Shown: positions 28,440 through 37,461 of the stretch, one piece after another
Numbering within the stretch: position 1 is the first letter of the stretch
Layout of the letters: every line of letters starts with the position of its first letter
DNA from: a virus
Reading direction: 5' to 3' (one strand)
DNA: 64,000 bases
Virus record (IMG/VR): IMGVR_UViG_3300035001_000008
Coordinates: 61,756-125,755 of that record
Notes under the pieces: model-generated
Seen by the model: only the letters and a program-made list of their open reading frames with translations
What the model was told of the DNA's origin: nothing
Databases searched by the model: none
Made by a program: the position numbers and the translations under genes

Positions 28440-28847
28440 TTATTTCCCTAACTGCATTACTTTACTAGCAAACTGATTAGAGTCCATTGAACTATCTTTT
28501 TGAAATTCCCAGTTCAATGTAGAAAACAATTCTTTTTGATGTGGAGTTAGGCTTTTCTTAATAACTTCAATTACATAAGCAACACCACAATTTTCTTTAG
28601 CGGTAAAGCTGATAATTTCAACAGGGGCTACTCCACTAACAACAGAACCTAAAGGCATTTCACTTTTAACAACTACATCAGTCAGTAAGTGAGTAACGGG
28701 TTCCTTTTCACTGGATGCTACATGCTTAACTGATTCAGGGTTAGTGATTGGATTACCAGATTTAGCCCATGATGATGCATTGCCTTTTACGATGTAGTAA
28801 CTATCCCCTAAAGGGGTAGCGTTATATCTAACAATGTAAGTATCCAT
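28440..28847 (-). CDS. hypothetical protein (135 aa)
   Basis: Packed operon. Confidence 0.65.
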   Translation of the reverse strand: MDTYIVRYNATPLGDSYYIVKGNASSWAKSGNPITNPESVKHVASSEKEPVTHLLTDVVVKSEMPLGSVVSGVAPVEIISFTAKENCGVAYVIEVIKKSLTPHQKELFSTLNWEFQKDSSMDSNQFASKVMQLGK

Positions 28848-28851
28848 TTAT

Positions 28852-29319
28852 TTAATTAGGTAGGGGATCTTGAGAGGTAAACCAGATTGGACTGTATCGA
28901 TATTTATTTAGAAATAGATTAAGGCAACTTGAGTAAGCTTCATAGCTGATGTCGCGTTGATTAAAACGTACTCTCTGCCGATTACATTCAATTGCCGCTT
29001 TAAGTTCAGCAATCTTACATTTCAATTGGTCAGTACCTTTCAACTTACCAACCTCATCCTTACATTTTGAATGAGGAAAGTAATTAACTTCCTCAGCGTG
29101 TAGAGTATCGTTACCATGCTTGATTGTGATAGAGCCTGATAGCCTTACGTGAGGGCCAGGGGTAGCACTGGAGGTGTAACGGCCAGTATTAGGCCAAATA
29201 GCTTTGTTATCTTCTAGCAAGGACTCATACCATTGCAGGTATAGACCTGCTTTCTCTTGGTTGTATCCTTTGATATTGAATACTTCGCGAAGGGGTCTAT
29301 TAGTCGCTTTAGTGTGCAT
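28852..29319 (-). CDS. hypothetical protein (155 aa)
   Basis: Packed operon. Confidence 0.65.
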   Translation of the reverse strand: MHTKATNRPLREVFNIKGYNQEKAGLYLQWYESLLEDNKAIWPNTGRYTSSATPGPHVRLSGSITIKHGNDTLHAEEVNYFPHSKCKDEVGKLKGTDQLKCKIAELKAAIECNRQRVRFNQRDISYEAYSSCLNLFLNKYRYSPIWFTSQDPLPN

Positions 29320-29323
29320 TACT

Positions 29324-29512
29324 TTAATAAGTTGATAGGGTAGTTTGTTCAGCTTTAGTTAAGGGTAGATATTTAAGAAACTCTCTACCAGCTTTCGTTT
29401 GCATCAAGTTAGTTTTAATTTGCTTTTGTTCAGCTAAAGGTAGCCGATAGTAGATGTATTGGACATCAACTACTGAACCTCGGTTATGGATTAAATTTAA
29501 GCAGTCTTGCAT
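29324..29512 (-). CDS. hypothetical protein (62 aa)
   Basis: AAGGA RBS. Confidence 0.6.
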   Translation of the reverse strand: MQDCLNLIHNRGSVVDVQYIYYRLPLAEQKQIKTNLMQTKAGREFLKYLPLTKAEQTTLSTY

Positions 29513-29567
29513 AGTCCTTTAATGTATCGTCTATTTAATTGTATCTAATGATTGTCCAATGTGCAAC

Positions 29568-29596
29568 AAAAAACCCTAAGTATTTTACTCAGGGTT
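29568..29596 (-). terminator. intrinsic terminator
   Basis: AACCCTGAGTA-AAA-TACTTAGGGTTTTTT on minus. Confidence 0.7.
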
Positions 29597-29624
29597 AAAG
29601 ACAAAGGATTTAATTTAAGTTGAT

Positions 29625-29816
29625 TTAATCTTGGGTATCACTCTCTACATCGTTTTCATCAGAGGATTTAGAAAATAGAGAGACTACACCTCCAGCCCAA
29701 ATACTTAGACTTAACAGGTCAATACTGTTACCTGCTTTCAAATCTAGAATCATTTGAATGAATAGGGCTACTAGAGCAATAGCCATTACACTACGGAGAA
29801 TATACTTAAGTTCCAT
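29625..29816 (-). CDS. small two-TM membrane protein (63 aa)
   Basis: Two hydrophobic helices, acidic tail. Confidence 0.6.
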   Translation of the reverse strand: MELKYILRSVMAIALVALFIQMILDLKAGNSIDLLSLSIWAGGVVSLFSKSSDENDVESDTQD

Positions 29817-29973
29817 CCGATACCTTTTGGTTAGTTACTTCAAAATTAACAGAATCAAAAGCATCTACATTTTCAATATACCTACCATCGGACATTCTGC
29901 GCATCCATAGTTGATTCATTACCCAGATGTAATCTGAATCAGTTTGCTTAGGCATTTTTCAAATCTACCTTAA

Positions 29974-30186
29974 TTAATAGCATCCGTAGCCCATTTCGAT
30001 AACGATTTCAGCTAAACGACCTTCACAATCTGCACAGTTTTCAACATTATCACTATCAATAGATGTCAAACATGGGCCTAAGTTTATATCCCTTAGATAA
30101 CCACCTCCATTAAATCCATCTAAAATCATTACTTCAAAATCGCCATCAATTTTATTTAAGCGTTCAATCAATTTAGACTTAAGCAT
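29974..30186 (-). CDS. hypothetical protein (~70 aa)
   Basis: ATG 30186 overlapping the upstream gene end. Confidence 0.55.
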   Translation of the reverse strand: MLKSKLIERLNKIDGDFEVMILDGFNGGGYLRDINLGPCLTSIDSDNVENCADCEGRLAEIVIEMGYGCY

Positions 30187-30406
30187 TATTAAAAACTTCC
30201 CATATTTCAGTTTGACAAGGTTCAATCTCTATATCTAGCTCAGTCCCGGCAAAGGTTACTAATTTAAGTGATATTGGATTAATCAAAAACACTCCAGTTT
30301 GAGTAAATGCAACTAAAAGACCACCAGACCATTCACCTTGAATAAAAGCAGGATGTTTACCTGATTCAGTTAAAACATAGATGTCGGGTGGTCTAGGTAA
30401 ACGCAT
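30179..30406 (-). CDS. hypothetical protein (75 aa)
   Basis: Packed operon. Confidence 0.6.
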   Translation of the reverse strand: MRLPRPPDIYVLTESGKHPAFIQGEWSGGLLVAFTQTGVFLINPISLKLVTFAGTELDIEIEPCQTEIWEVFNNA

Positions 30407-30408
30407 AC

Positions 30409-30594
30409 CTACAGGCTTTTAATTTGAGTAAGCATCGATTCAGCCATGCAAAAAGCCATAGCGGCTAGAGCATCTGTTTGTGCCATAGGAGTAAGGCTAG
30501 TATCATATTTATGATTTGCTAGAAGAATCGTCATGCACTCAATAGCTAAATTGATATGTGCATCACTACCATAGCTGTAATCAGTTTTAGACAT
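30409..30594 (-). CDS. hypothetical protein (~61 aa)
   Basis: ATG 30594 lies downstream of the predicted promoter. Confidence 0.55.
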   Translation of the reverse strand: MSKTDYSYGSDAHINLAIECMTILLANHKYDTSLTPMAQTDALAAMAFCMAESMLTQIKSL

Positions 30595-30619
30595 TTTTAA
30601 TTTCCATACACATGCGCAC

Positions 30620-30693
30620 ATTCTAGCTTAACTCTGTCTAATATGCAACACATTCATTCAAGGGTTGTCGATAGGTATATCACGTTATATAAT
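30620..30693. promoter_or_regulatory. divergent sigma70-type promoter pair
   Basis: Minus TTGCAT-N17-TAGAAT (30648-30620); plus TTGTCG-N17-TATAAT (30665-30693). Confidence 0.75.
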
Positions 30694-30719
30694 GAGACTC
30701 AATTAAATTAAAGGACTCA

Positions 30720-30992
30720 ATGAAACTTCTACACTGTTCTAATTGCGGCGATATATTCAATTTAGATTTAACTAAAAAATCGTGTAGATGTGGTGAAACT
30801 TGGGGCTACTATCAAACTGATGGAGTTAAAGCCGTTGTGTCTGCTGGTAGGCATACAACGGCTATAGGGTTTACCAATCCTACTTTTCTCTATGCCCGTA
30901 TAAATCGCCCCAAATCTGGTATGGGAGAACGGTTTACTGCTTTTGTAATGCCTGAGCACTGCGATAATATTTTCTATTCAAAAGGTGCGTAA
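30720..30992 (+). CDS. small Zn-binding phage protein (90 aa)
   Basis: CSNCGDIF...CRCG motif; AAGGA RBS. Confidence 0.7.
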   Translation: MKLLHCSNCGDIFNLDLTKKSCRCGETWGYYQTDGVKAVVSAGRHTTAIGFTNPTFLYARINRPKSGMGERFTAFVMPEHCDNIFYSKGA

Positions 30993-31021
30993 GTTCATAT
31001 AAAGCTTGGGTTTCTTTACCT

Positions 31022-31057
31022 TAGCTTTATATAATATTAGATAGGGTGCGTTATTAT
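31022..31057 (+). promoter_or_regulatory. box-type phage promoter
   Basis: TAGCTTTATATAA-N17-TATTAT. Confidence 0.65.
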
Positions 31058-31082
31058 TTAAGGGTAGATAGAGGAAAGGTAA

Positions 31083-31304
31083 ATGTTCACTAGTGAAACT
31101 GTTTCTATTATCTGTGAACTACTTAGTTCTGCTGTTAGCTGGTCTAACGTTATTCATGGTAGTACACGTAAGGTTGTTAAAGGTGTGATTGTCGATGAAT
31201 CAGATGTAAAAACTGTTGTAGACCTAGTTGATTTTCAAGTTAGTCTAACCGACCTAGGGCATTCAGTTCTGATTACCGATAATCGTTGCCCTGACCCACT
31301 ATAG
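31083..31304 (+). CDS. hypothetical protein (73 aa)
   Basis: GAGGA RBS. Confidence 0.65.
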   Translation: MFTSETVSIICELLSSAVSWSNVIHGSTRKVVKGVIVDESDVKTVVDLVDFQVSLTDLGHSVLITDNRCPDPL

Positions 31305-31360
31305 CTTTTAAGGTGCGTCTACTTAAATAATTTGACTCATGAATAATAAAGGAATTAAAA

Positions 31361-31594
31361 ATGTTATCTCCTAACTATTACGCTGGCTGGAACTTCGCTA
31401 TTTCTCAACTTTCAGTAGATAGAGTAAGCCGTAAGGCTTTTGTTAAAGGTTTATCAGACTCTATCCAAGTAGAAGAGTATTCAGCGCATGGCAGTGATTA
31501 CTACAAAGGGTTATCAGATGCCGTAGCCACCTACCAGGCTAATCGAAAGATTCCCATTAAAGCTGAAATTAAAGTAGTTTCCTTTTTTAGTTAG
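31361..31594 (+). CDS. hypothetical protein (77 aa)
   Basis: AAGGA RBS; internal YxKGLSD repeat. Confidence 0.65.
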   Translation: MLSPNYYAGWNFAISQLSVDRVSRKAFVKGLSDSIQVEEYSAHGSDYYKGLSDAVATYQANRKIPIKAEIKVVSFFS

Positions 31595-31957
31595 ATGGAT
31601 ACTCAGAAATTTAAGCAGCAACTATGGAATGCACTTAATTCAAATTCAGAGTTAGCTTTTCAAATTAAACGATATTCTAGCTTTTACGCTAGAGGTCTTA
31701 AATGTAGAGCAATTGAATTTAGTCAAAGGTTTGTTTATCCTGAAGTAGTATTCAACTGTCTTAAATGGTACGCATCCAATTTACTTGATAAAGATAGAGA
31801 GTTTGTTCAAGAATTAGGGGGTGATTTAGAACCTTTTATTCCTGGTTTCAGTAAGCAACATTATTGGAGAGTTTACAAAGATGAATTAAGTTCAATTCAA
31901 TGGGGTAAGTTAAAGAAAGAATTTAATGTAATTGTTGGGCCGTACATTAAAGATTAA
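31595..31957 (+). CDS. hypothetical protein (120 aa)
   Basis: Abuts upstream gene. Confidence 0.65.
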   Translation: MDTQKFKQQLWNALNSNSELAFQIKRYSSFYARGLKCRAIEFSQRFVYPEVVFNCLKWYASNLLDKDREFVQELGGDLEPFIPGFSKQHYWRVYKDELSSIQWGKLKKEFNVIVGPYIKD

Positions 31958-32015
31958 ATCTCAATAAACTAAATAAGTTAAACTAAAGGGATGTATGTTT
32001 TAATACGTCCCTTTT

Positions 32016-32807
32016 ATGCTTTTTATTCACTCTACTAACCTTTTAATTGAAATTCAATTAGGTTTAATGAGGGGGGATTTTGAGCTTTATTATCAGCCTG
32101 TGCTTAGCTTAAAAGAAGATAAAGTAATAGGCTTTGAAGCTTTAGTTAGATGGAATCACAATAATTTAGGATTACTTAGCCCTGATAAGTTCATCCCATT
32201 TATTGAAAAGTTTGATTGGCTAGCTTGTCAGTTTAGCCGATATGTACTTAAAAAAGCTGTTAAACAGGCTAAGGAATGGAATTGTGATGAGAATTTATAC
32301 ATTGCCGTCAATATTCCTACTGCCCATATCGGTAAGACTGGTTTTGCTAAGTTTGTAGACGATATTCTATTTGAAAATGGGCTTAGCCATTCTGCTTTAG
32401 TTTTAGAAATTACTGAATCAAGTTATGGTGACTTTGCACCAATTATTAGAAGCTTAGCCAACCTTAAAGACCTAGGAAGTAGACCACACCTAGACGACTT
32501 TTTAACCGGCTTTAGTTCATTTGAAAGATTGCTTAGACTTGAAAAGTATTTAAGTGCTGTTAAAATATCAGAGCTTTTTGCCGCTAATTTAGTTGATAAT
32601 TCTGATATTGTTCATCTTCTAGTAGGTGTAGCCCATTCAAGGAATTTGAAAGTAATTTCAGAAGGAATTGAATCTCCTGCGCAATTAGATGTGGTTAAGC
32701 GGTTAGGTGTAGATGCTGCTCAAGGTTGGTTATGGTGCCCCGCCCTACCAGCAATTAAAGCTAAACAATGGGCTGAGGCTTATAACATCAAATATCAAAC
32801 CGTATAA
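32016..32807 (+). CDS. stand-alone EAL-domain protein (c-di-GMP phosphodiesterase family)
   Basis: FELYYQP, FEALVRW, FIPFIE, IAVNI, LEITES, LDDFLTGFSS, AVKI, SEGIES, QGW all in order. Confidence 0.93.
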   Translation: MLFIHSTNLLIEIQLGLMRGDFELYYQPVLSLKEDKVIGFEALVRWNHNNLGLLSPDKFIPFIEKFDWLACQFSRYVLKKAVKQAKEWNCDENLYIAVNIPTAHIGKTGFAKFVDDILFENGLSHSALVLEITESSYGDFAPIIRSLANLKDLGSRPHLDDFLTGFSSFERLLRLEKYLSAVKISELFAANLVDNSDIVHLLVGVAHSRNLKVISEGIESPAQLDVVKRLGVDAAQGWLWCPALPAIKAKQWAEAYNIKYQTV

Positions 32808-32843
32808 ATCGCTACAATTTAGTTATCCTTTTAATTAATAAAA

Positions 32844-32993
32844 ATGAAACTAAAGCGGCGAGGTGTTGAGTATCAATTTAAATTAGTTGAGCTTAAAACT
32901 ACGGTTGACGATAAGGCTAGAATGCTTGAGAGTGAAGCACATCAAGCCGACAGGCGCAATGCTGAGACTTTGAGAGTATTGGTAATGCGTTGA
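32844..32993 (+). CDS. small hypothetical protein (49 aa, not in ORF track)
   Basis: MKLKRRGVEYQFKLVELK...; weak RBS. Confidence 0.4.
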   Translation: MKLKRRGVEYQFKLVELKTTVDDKARMLESEAHQADRRNAETLRVLVMR

Positions 32994-33026
32994 TTATCTT
33001 CATAGATGTACGGTTGGTCTTTATAT

Positions 33027-33062
33027 TACCTTTACCTAATGCTACTCTCTAGCGTATATAAT
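33027..33062 (+). promoter_or_regulatory. box-type phage promoter
   Basis: TACCTTTACCTAA-N17-TATAAT. Confidence 0.75.
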
Positions 33063-33089
33063 TTGAATATACGCAGAGGAATTAAACAA

Positions 33090-33260
33090 ATGACCATCAA
33101 CGATATCGCAGTAGGTGACACGGTTACTCTAGCCTCTGGCGAAACTGCCAAAGTAAAAGATATTCAGTTTCTTAAAGTGTTTATTCAGAAAGTCAAGTTT
33201 GGCCCTGTTACATCCCTAAATGTGAATATTAAAGATCAAACTATTCAAGGTCTAGCCTAA
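33090..33260 (+). CDS. small KOW/SH3-like protein (56 aa)
   Basis: GAGGA RBS before ATG 33090; IAVGDTVTLASGETAKVKDI. Confidence 0.65.
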   Translation: MTINDIAVGDTVTLASGETAKVKDIQFLKVFIQKVKFGPVTSLNVNIKDQTIQGLA

Positions 33261-33279
33261 AAATAAAACAAGCTAAAGT

Positions 33280-33307
33280 AAACCCCTAAGATGTCTTAGG
33301 GGTTTTT
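33280..33307. terminator. bidirectional intrinsic terminator
   Basis: AAACCCCTAAGA-TG-TCTTAGGGGTTTTT between convergent genes. Confidence 0.85.
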
Positions 33308-33316
33308 AGTGTGTAT

Positions 33317-33589
33317 CTAAGCAGCTTCATTAATTAATCGTTCTCTCAGTTCTTTAGCCATACCCATAAAAGATTCTGTATCAGATCCTAGCGTTTTACA
33401 GTGATTGTCAAAATCGTTAGGTGTTGCTGTAGATTTAACTTTATTAATACACCCAGGACGTTTAGCGTATACACAACATTTAGAATAAAAGGCTTCAGAT
33501 GTCATAGATTTAGCTAAACCTAGCTCAGCCATTCTAGTAATAAATAAATTGTCTTGCTTAGTTACACCACAAGCACTACAAGATTCCAT
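33317..33589 (-). CDS. Cys-rich putative Zn-binding protein (90 aa)
   Basis: CSACGV...KCCVYAKRPGCIN; pattern recalled from an uncharacterised cyanobacterial family; overlaps nblA by 14 bp. Confidence 0.65.
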   Translation of the reverse strand: MESCSACGVTKQDNLFITRMAELGLAKSMTSEAFYSKCCVYAKRPGCINKVKSTATPNDFDNHCKTLGSDTESFMGMAKELRERLINEAA

Positions 33590-33767
33590 TAAAGCTACCC
33601 CAAGTTTCTTTTTTCATAACGTTAACGGTTACTTGGTCTTTGCAGAGCATTAGGTAATGTACTTTAAGCAACATTTCTTTAGCTTGAGCTTCATTCATCT
33701 TTTCAACGCTAATTTCAAGGTTACGCTGGATGAATTGCTTTTCTGGTGAAAGTTGAATTGGTTGCAT
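33576..33767 (-). CDS. nblA: phycobilisome degradation protein NblA
   Basis: QPIQLSPEKQF..VEKMNEAQAKEMLLKV..MLCKD..MKKETWG matches NblA consensus (LSLEQQF..MSxEQA..L..QM..R...K..WG); 63 aa. Confidence 0.88.
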   Translation of the reverse strand: MQPIQLSPEKQFIQRNLEISVEKMNEAQAKEMLLKVHYLMLCKDQVTVNVMKKETWGSFNGIL

Positions 33768-33788
33768 AATAAATACCGTTAATAATAG

Positions 33789-34019
33789 TTACTGAAAACT
33801 TTCCTTATATTCTTCATCGTTAAGGGAATAAACATCTAAATCAGATTCTTTAGATGGAAATGAGGGTTGCCCTTTATTTTTACCTCTAGTTTTCAATCTA
33901 CAAGACTCCCCTTTAATCAACACGCCATTGTTTGTACTCTCAATAATTCTGTGATACCAATCGTCGCTAAGATTAAACTTGGTACGCATATACAAATCTA
34001 GCTTAGTAGGTCTATCCAT
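33789..34019 (-). CDS. hypothetical protein (76 aa)
   Basis: AAGGA RBS; first gene of nblA operon. Confidence 0.65.
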   Translation of the reverse strand: MDRPTKLDLYMRTKFNLSDDWYHRIIESTNNGVLIKGESCRLKTRGKNKGQPSFPSKESDLDVYSLNDEEYKESFQ

Positions 34020-34042
34020 TTATTCCTTTAATAACTGCACTC

Positions 34043-34071
34043 ATTCTATCTAATATTTATCTAATATGCAA
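34043..34071 (-). promoter_or_regulatory. sigma70-type promoter of nblA operon
   Basis: TTGCAT-N17-TAGAAT with ATTAGA half-boxes in spacer. Confidence 0.7.
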
Positions 34072-34075
34072 TGCT

Positions 34076-34636
34076 TTAGTTAAATCTAATAGTAGGGCTG
34101 CTTTCTTCGAGCATAACGCCTCTCTCTAAATTAAATCGATACTTATCAAGGCTGAGTATGCACTTCCATAACTCACCTTGATACCCGTCAATCTCACCGC
34201 CTACTAGCACCTGGTAAGGCTTAAAGCCTCTCCAAGATGATTCGTTAGGGCCAATACCTAACTTAAACCTATCGGCCTTAATGCCCATTAGAGCGCCTTG
34301 GCCTACAAATTCACCATGTTTTAGATCTAACTTGTTCTCTGTATAGTATTTGACGATTTGGAAGCCAAGGTCAAATATCTTTTTTGAGCCACCATCGGGG
34401 AACTGTTTTGTTTTTACCTTAAAGTGAGGATAAACACACCAAAAACCTTCTAAAGGAGCTACGTCTACTTTTTGCTTAATTTTATAATTGAGTTTTTTGC
34501 GTACCGAATATCTCCATCCTTGCTCTATTGTTGAACCTTCTGGGTAGGTGTGCAGATTGTACTTATTCTCAATATCTGGGCTTTTGCTTAGAGTGCCGTG
34601 GAAAACACCATAAGCGCTAAAAATAACATCGTCCAT
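34076..34636 (-). CDS. hypothetical protein (186 aa)
   Basis: Long beta-rich ORF, no recognised family. Confidence 0.65.
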   Translation of the reverse strand: MDDVIFSAYGVFHGTLSKSPDIENKYNLHTYPEGSTIEQGWRYSVRKKLNYKIKQKVDVAPLEGFWCVYPHFKVKTKQFPDGGSKKIFDLGFQIVKYYTENKLDLKHGEFVGQGALMGIKADRFKLGIGPNESSWRGFKPYQVLVGGEIDGYQGELWKCILSLDKYRFNLERGVMLEESSPTIRFN

Positions 34637-34702
34637 TATTAATAAAATTAAAGTATAAATCTATTCTACCTTAAATCTAATATTAAACACTCCGTAATAC
34701 CC

Positions 34703-35134
34703 ATGAGATTTTTTAGCTTTAATTCAAATAAAGAACTTGAATTAATTAAGACTGATGTAATTGAAGTGAAACGTCAACTTACTTCATTACTTGAGTCTGT
34801 GGAGAGAAATAATATAGCCGATGCTGAAGTGTGCGCTTTGATTAAAAAGCAAGATGCCGCTATTGATAGATTGAATGTCCTTAACGTTGATAAAGAGAAG
34901 AAATTAACTGGTCTTTCTCGCTGGGTAATTTTGGGTGTGTTGGGAGTGATGAGTTTAAGTGTGCAATACTCATTGGCCTACGATAAAGGAACGGGAATAA
35001 GTGTTAAGCCTAGTTCTGGGTCTAGTCCAATTCTCCCGATTGCATATGGCGTTGCGATCATTGCGATTGCTGCCAATCAAGATGATAAGGTTGGGGTTTT
35101 GATTGACAGCATTGTGAAAAAGATTAGCGGTTAA
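34703..35134 (+). CDS. coiled-coil plus two-TM membrane protein (143 aa)
   Basis: N-terminal heptads, hydrophobic WVILGVLGVMSLSV and ILPIAYGVAIIAIAA; holin-like topology but unproven. Confidence 0.55.
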   Translation: MRFFSFNSNKELELIKTDVIEVKRQLTSLLESVERNNIADAEVCALIKKQDAAIDRLNVLNVDKEKKLTGLSRWVILGVLGVMSLSVQYSLAYDKGTGISVKPSSGSSPILPIAYGVAIIAIAANQDDKVGVLIDSIVKKISG

Positions 35135-35907
35135 GCGGCTTTTGATTCGGCTTGCATGGCGACTAGGCGGGCTTTCCATCCTCTAGGCTTTATTATAAAA
35201 GTATGGCTATTTAATTCAAGCTCATCTCGGTAGGCGAGGGCATCAGATTTATTTTTGAAATATTTGTATTGATTTCCGTTTTTGCACCATTGAACCTTCC
35301 ATGCTTTTTTATCAATACTTAAGCCTCTTAAATCATAGTACTCCATGTACACATGATGGGCATCAATAGAAGATGTCCAGCCTTGAGAATGTAATACATT
35401 GCCTTTAATTACATTGAAACACGAAGAATTGTGCAGATTATTATCTTTGCAGAACTGAAAAAGATTTAAGCCTTGAAATGTTGCACCGGCTGGCGAAACC
35501 AAGTAATAGGGCTTGGATAGCTTTTCCCGTATAGTTTGTTTTGTTTCAGGAGAAGGCACCTTACCCAAATGAGCATTTCTCACAGCTTCCATCTGTTTTT
35601 GCGAAGGCTTCATTCCCAACGTATTCCAACTTAGTACACCCATTCGAGCATTTAAGCTCAACAATTTATCTTTCTCCCATTGGGTTGCTATCAAAGATCT
35701 TTCAGCAACTTCAGCACTTTCTCTTGTAAGATAAACATCTAAAATAGATTTAATGGGTGTGTGCTTTTTCCAATACTGTTTATGTCTTACAGGACTTCCT
35801 AAATATCGAACATCCTCTTCAGGAAGACATTTTGAAGATCTGACTCCAAAATAAATATGCGGAATTTCAGCAAAAGAAATGGAGTAGGTATAGTGGTATC
35901 TTTCCAT
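35131..35907 (-). CDS. GIY-YIG (Seg-like) homing endonuclease
   Basis: YHYTYSI..HIYFGVRS..YLGS..E; NUMOD3-like PSPETKQTIREK; C-terminal basic module. Confidence 0.8.
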   Translation of the reverse strand: MERYHYTYSISFAEIPHIYFGVRSSKCLPEEDVRYLGSPVRHKQYWKKHTPIKSILDVYLTRESAEVAERSLIATQWEKDKLLSLNARMGVLSWNTLGMKPSQKQMEAVRNAHLGKVPSPETKQTIREKLSKPYYLVSPAGATFQGLNLFQFCKDNNLHNSSCFNVIKGNVLHSQGWTSSIDAHHVYMEYYDLRGLSIDKKAWKVQWCKNGNQYKYFKNKSDALAYRDELELNSHTFIIKPRGWKARLVAMQAESKAA

Positions 35908-36079
35908 ATTATTACCTTTAGGCTTGTTAGGTTGGCTTAATTTTTGAAGGGCAGGATGTAAGCCAACATCTTTTCAGGGAAGTTTATAAAGTTTCCCTTA
36001 GCCCTATCTGTATAATAGCCTCTAACATTAGATAGAATAAAGTAGTATAATACGGCATTTTGTTAATTAGGAGGTACGG

Positions 36080-36502
36080 TTGGAAGATTCTTGTAGATGG
36101 TTACTTCTTAGGGATATTTCAGTTTTTAGACCAGACCATTACAAAGTGGTGATCTGCGAAAGAGACACATCTTTGGAAGTTATCGAAGGACACCGGGAGC
36201 GGCGTAATACCTATGTAGTGGATATGTTCACAGGTCGATCATGGGGCAGAATCGGAAGCGGTCAGTATTTGAAGTGGAGCAGTATTCCCCCAGCAGGAAT
36301 GCTGCTCTCTTCATCAGAACATCGTCCCATGCCTGACAAACATATAGTGATATGCTCGAAAGTCCCGCAATACTTTGGCCCTCGAATCGGTAGAGTTCAC
36401 GCTGATTCAAATCAACTGTTATGGCAGATTTTTTCAGACACATCTAACAGTTGGATAGGGATTCCTGCAAGTTACATAGAAGGTTGGTTAAACTTACCAT
36501 GA
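36080..36502 (+). CDS. hypothetical protein with DUF551-like C-terminus (140 aa)
   Basis: GGAGG RBS with TTG start; ends ...IEGWLNLP; palindromic box TCTAACATTAGA (36021-32) and TATAAT upstream. Confidence 0.55.
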   Translation: MEDSCRWLLLRDISVFRPDHYKVVICERDTSLEVIEGHRERRNTYVVDMFTGRSWGRIGSGQYLKWSSIPPAGMLLSSSEHRPMPDKHIVICSKVPQYFGPRIGRVHADSNQLLWQIFSDTSNSWIGIPASYIEGWLNLP

Positions 36503-37194
36503 ACTTAAATTCAATACTTGACTTCATTAAAGACTTTGTGGGTTGGCAGGAAAGTAAAAAACCATTTAGGTTTGATATAATTTCTCAGCATGAATACGAA
36601 TCTGGTCTGCTTTTACGGGTCAGTAGAGAGTCGATTACAAATCTACAAAACGACGCACAGCTAACCAGCTACATTTGGATTGACAAAGATAAGCGTAAGC
36701 CGTACCTGTACGTCTTTCTTGATAGCCTGGGGGGTATGGGTATTAGGAATCTTTCACACAGAATTCAGGTTCTCAGCTCAGAGAGAACGTTACAAGATGG
36801 CGCAGTAAGGATTAGCTCTCATCTGTCATCATTTTATTATTTAGGTAATAATAATCAAGCTAACGCCATTATCCTTAAATTAATTCTATATTGTCACGGG
36901 CAAAATTACGATAATTGCGATTGGGATTGGGAGATAACAGCTATCCGTAAACAGAATTTAGGATTTGAATATACAGACCATACTCAGAGTAAAGCTAGAG
37001 AAGATAACAGATATAGCCTAAATCGATTTGAGATTAGATTCCCATTACCTAGAGGGATTAGTGCAGGTTTATTTAATAAATTAAGTGAGGCTGTAATAAA
37101 ACCTATACGGGAATCGCCTAAAAGCAGAGTATTAGAAATTACACTGCTTGGTGCTATTTTAATAGGTGTACTTTGGATTATTGTTAATCGGTAA
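36499..37194 (+). CDS. hypothetical protein with C-terminal TM anchor (231 aa)
   Basis: ATGA overlap at 36499; C-terminal ITLLGAILIGVLWIIV. Confidence 0.6.
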   Translation: MNLNSILDFIKDFVGWQESKKPFRFDIISQHEYESGLLLRVSRESITNLQNDAQLTSYIWIDKDKRKPYLYVFLDSLGGMGIRNLSHRIQVLSSERTLQDGAVRISSHLSSFYYLGNNNQANAIILKLILYCHGQNYDNCDWDWEITAIRKQNLGFEYTDHTQSKAREDNRYSLNRFEIRFPLPRGISAGLFNKLSEAVIKPIRESPKSRVLEITLLGAILIGVLWIIVNR

Positions 37195-37432
37195 TAGACT
37201 TTATCTCATCGTAGGTTTCAAGCAAATCTTTTAATTCACTAACATCAATCAAACCTTTAGAAATCAAAAGTTCAACCAACCTACCGTTAAATTCTTTAAG
37301 CTTTTCAACAGTAGATTTTAATTGCTCTAGTTCACCGTCATAATAGCTACCTTGCAATTGTCCTTCGACGTAAGTTGATAAAAGTTCATTTCTTTCTTCT
37401 GTATGCCAGCTTTTAACGTATTTGATTTTCAT
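37184..37432 (-). CDS. hypothetical protein (82 aa)
   Basis: AAGGA RBS. Confidence 0.65.
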   Translation of the reverse strand: MKIKYVKSWHTEERNELLSTYVEGQLQGSYYDGELEQLKSTVEKLKEFNGRLVELLISKGLIDVSELKDLLETYDEIKSITD

Positions 37433-37461
37433 CTTTAATCCTTATATATTTTAGTTTGTAG

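Noticed and set aside
29625-35134. Holin calls for the 63-aa and 143-aa membrane proteins
   Set aside because: Topology alone is not diagnostic and no endolysin is recognisable nearby
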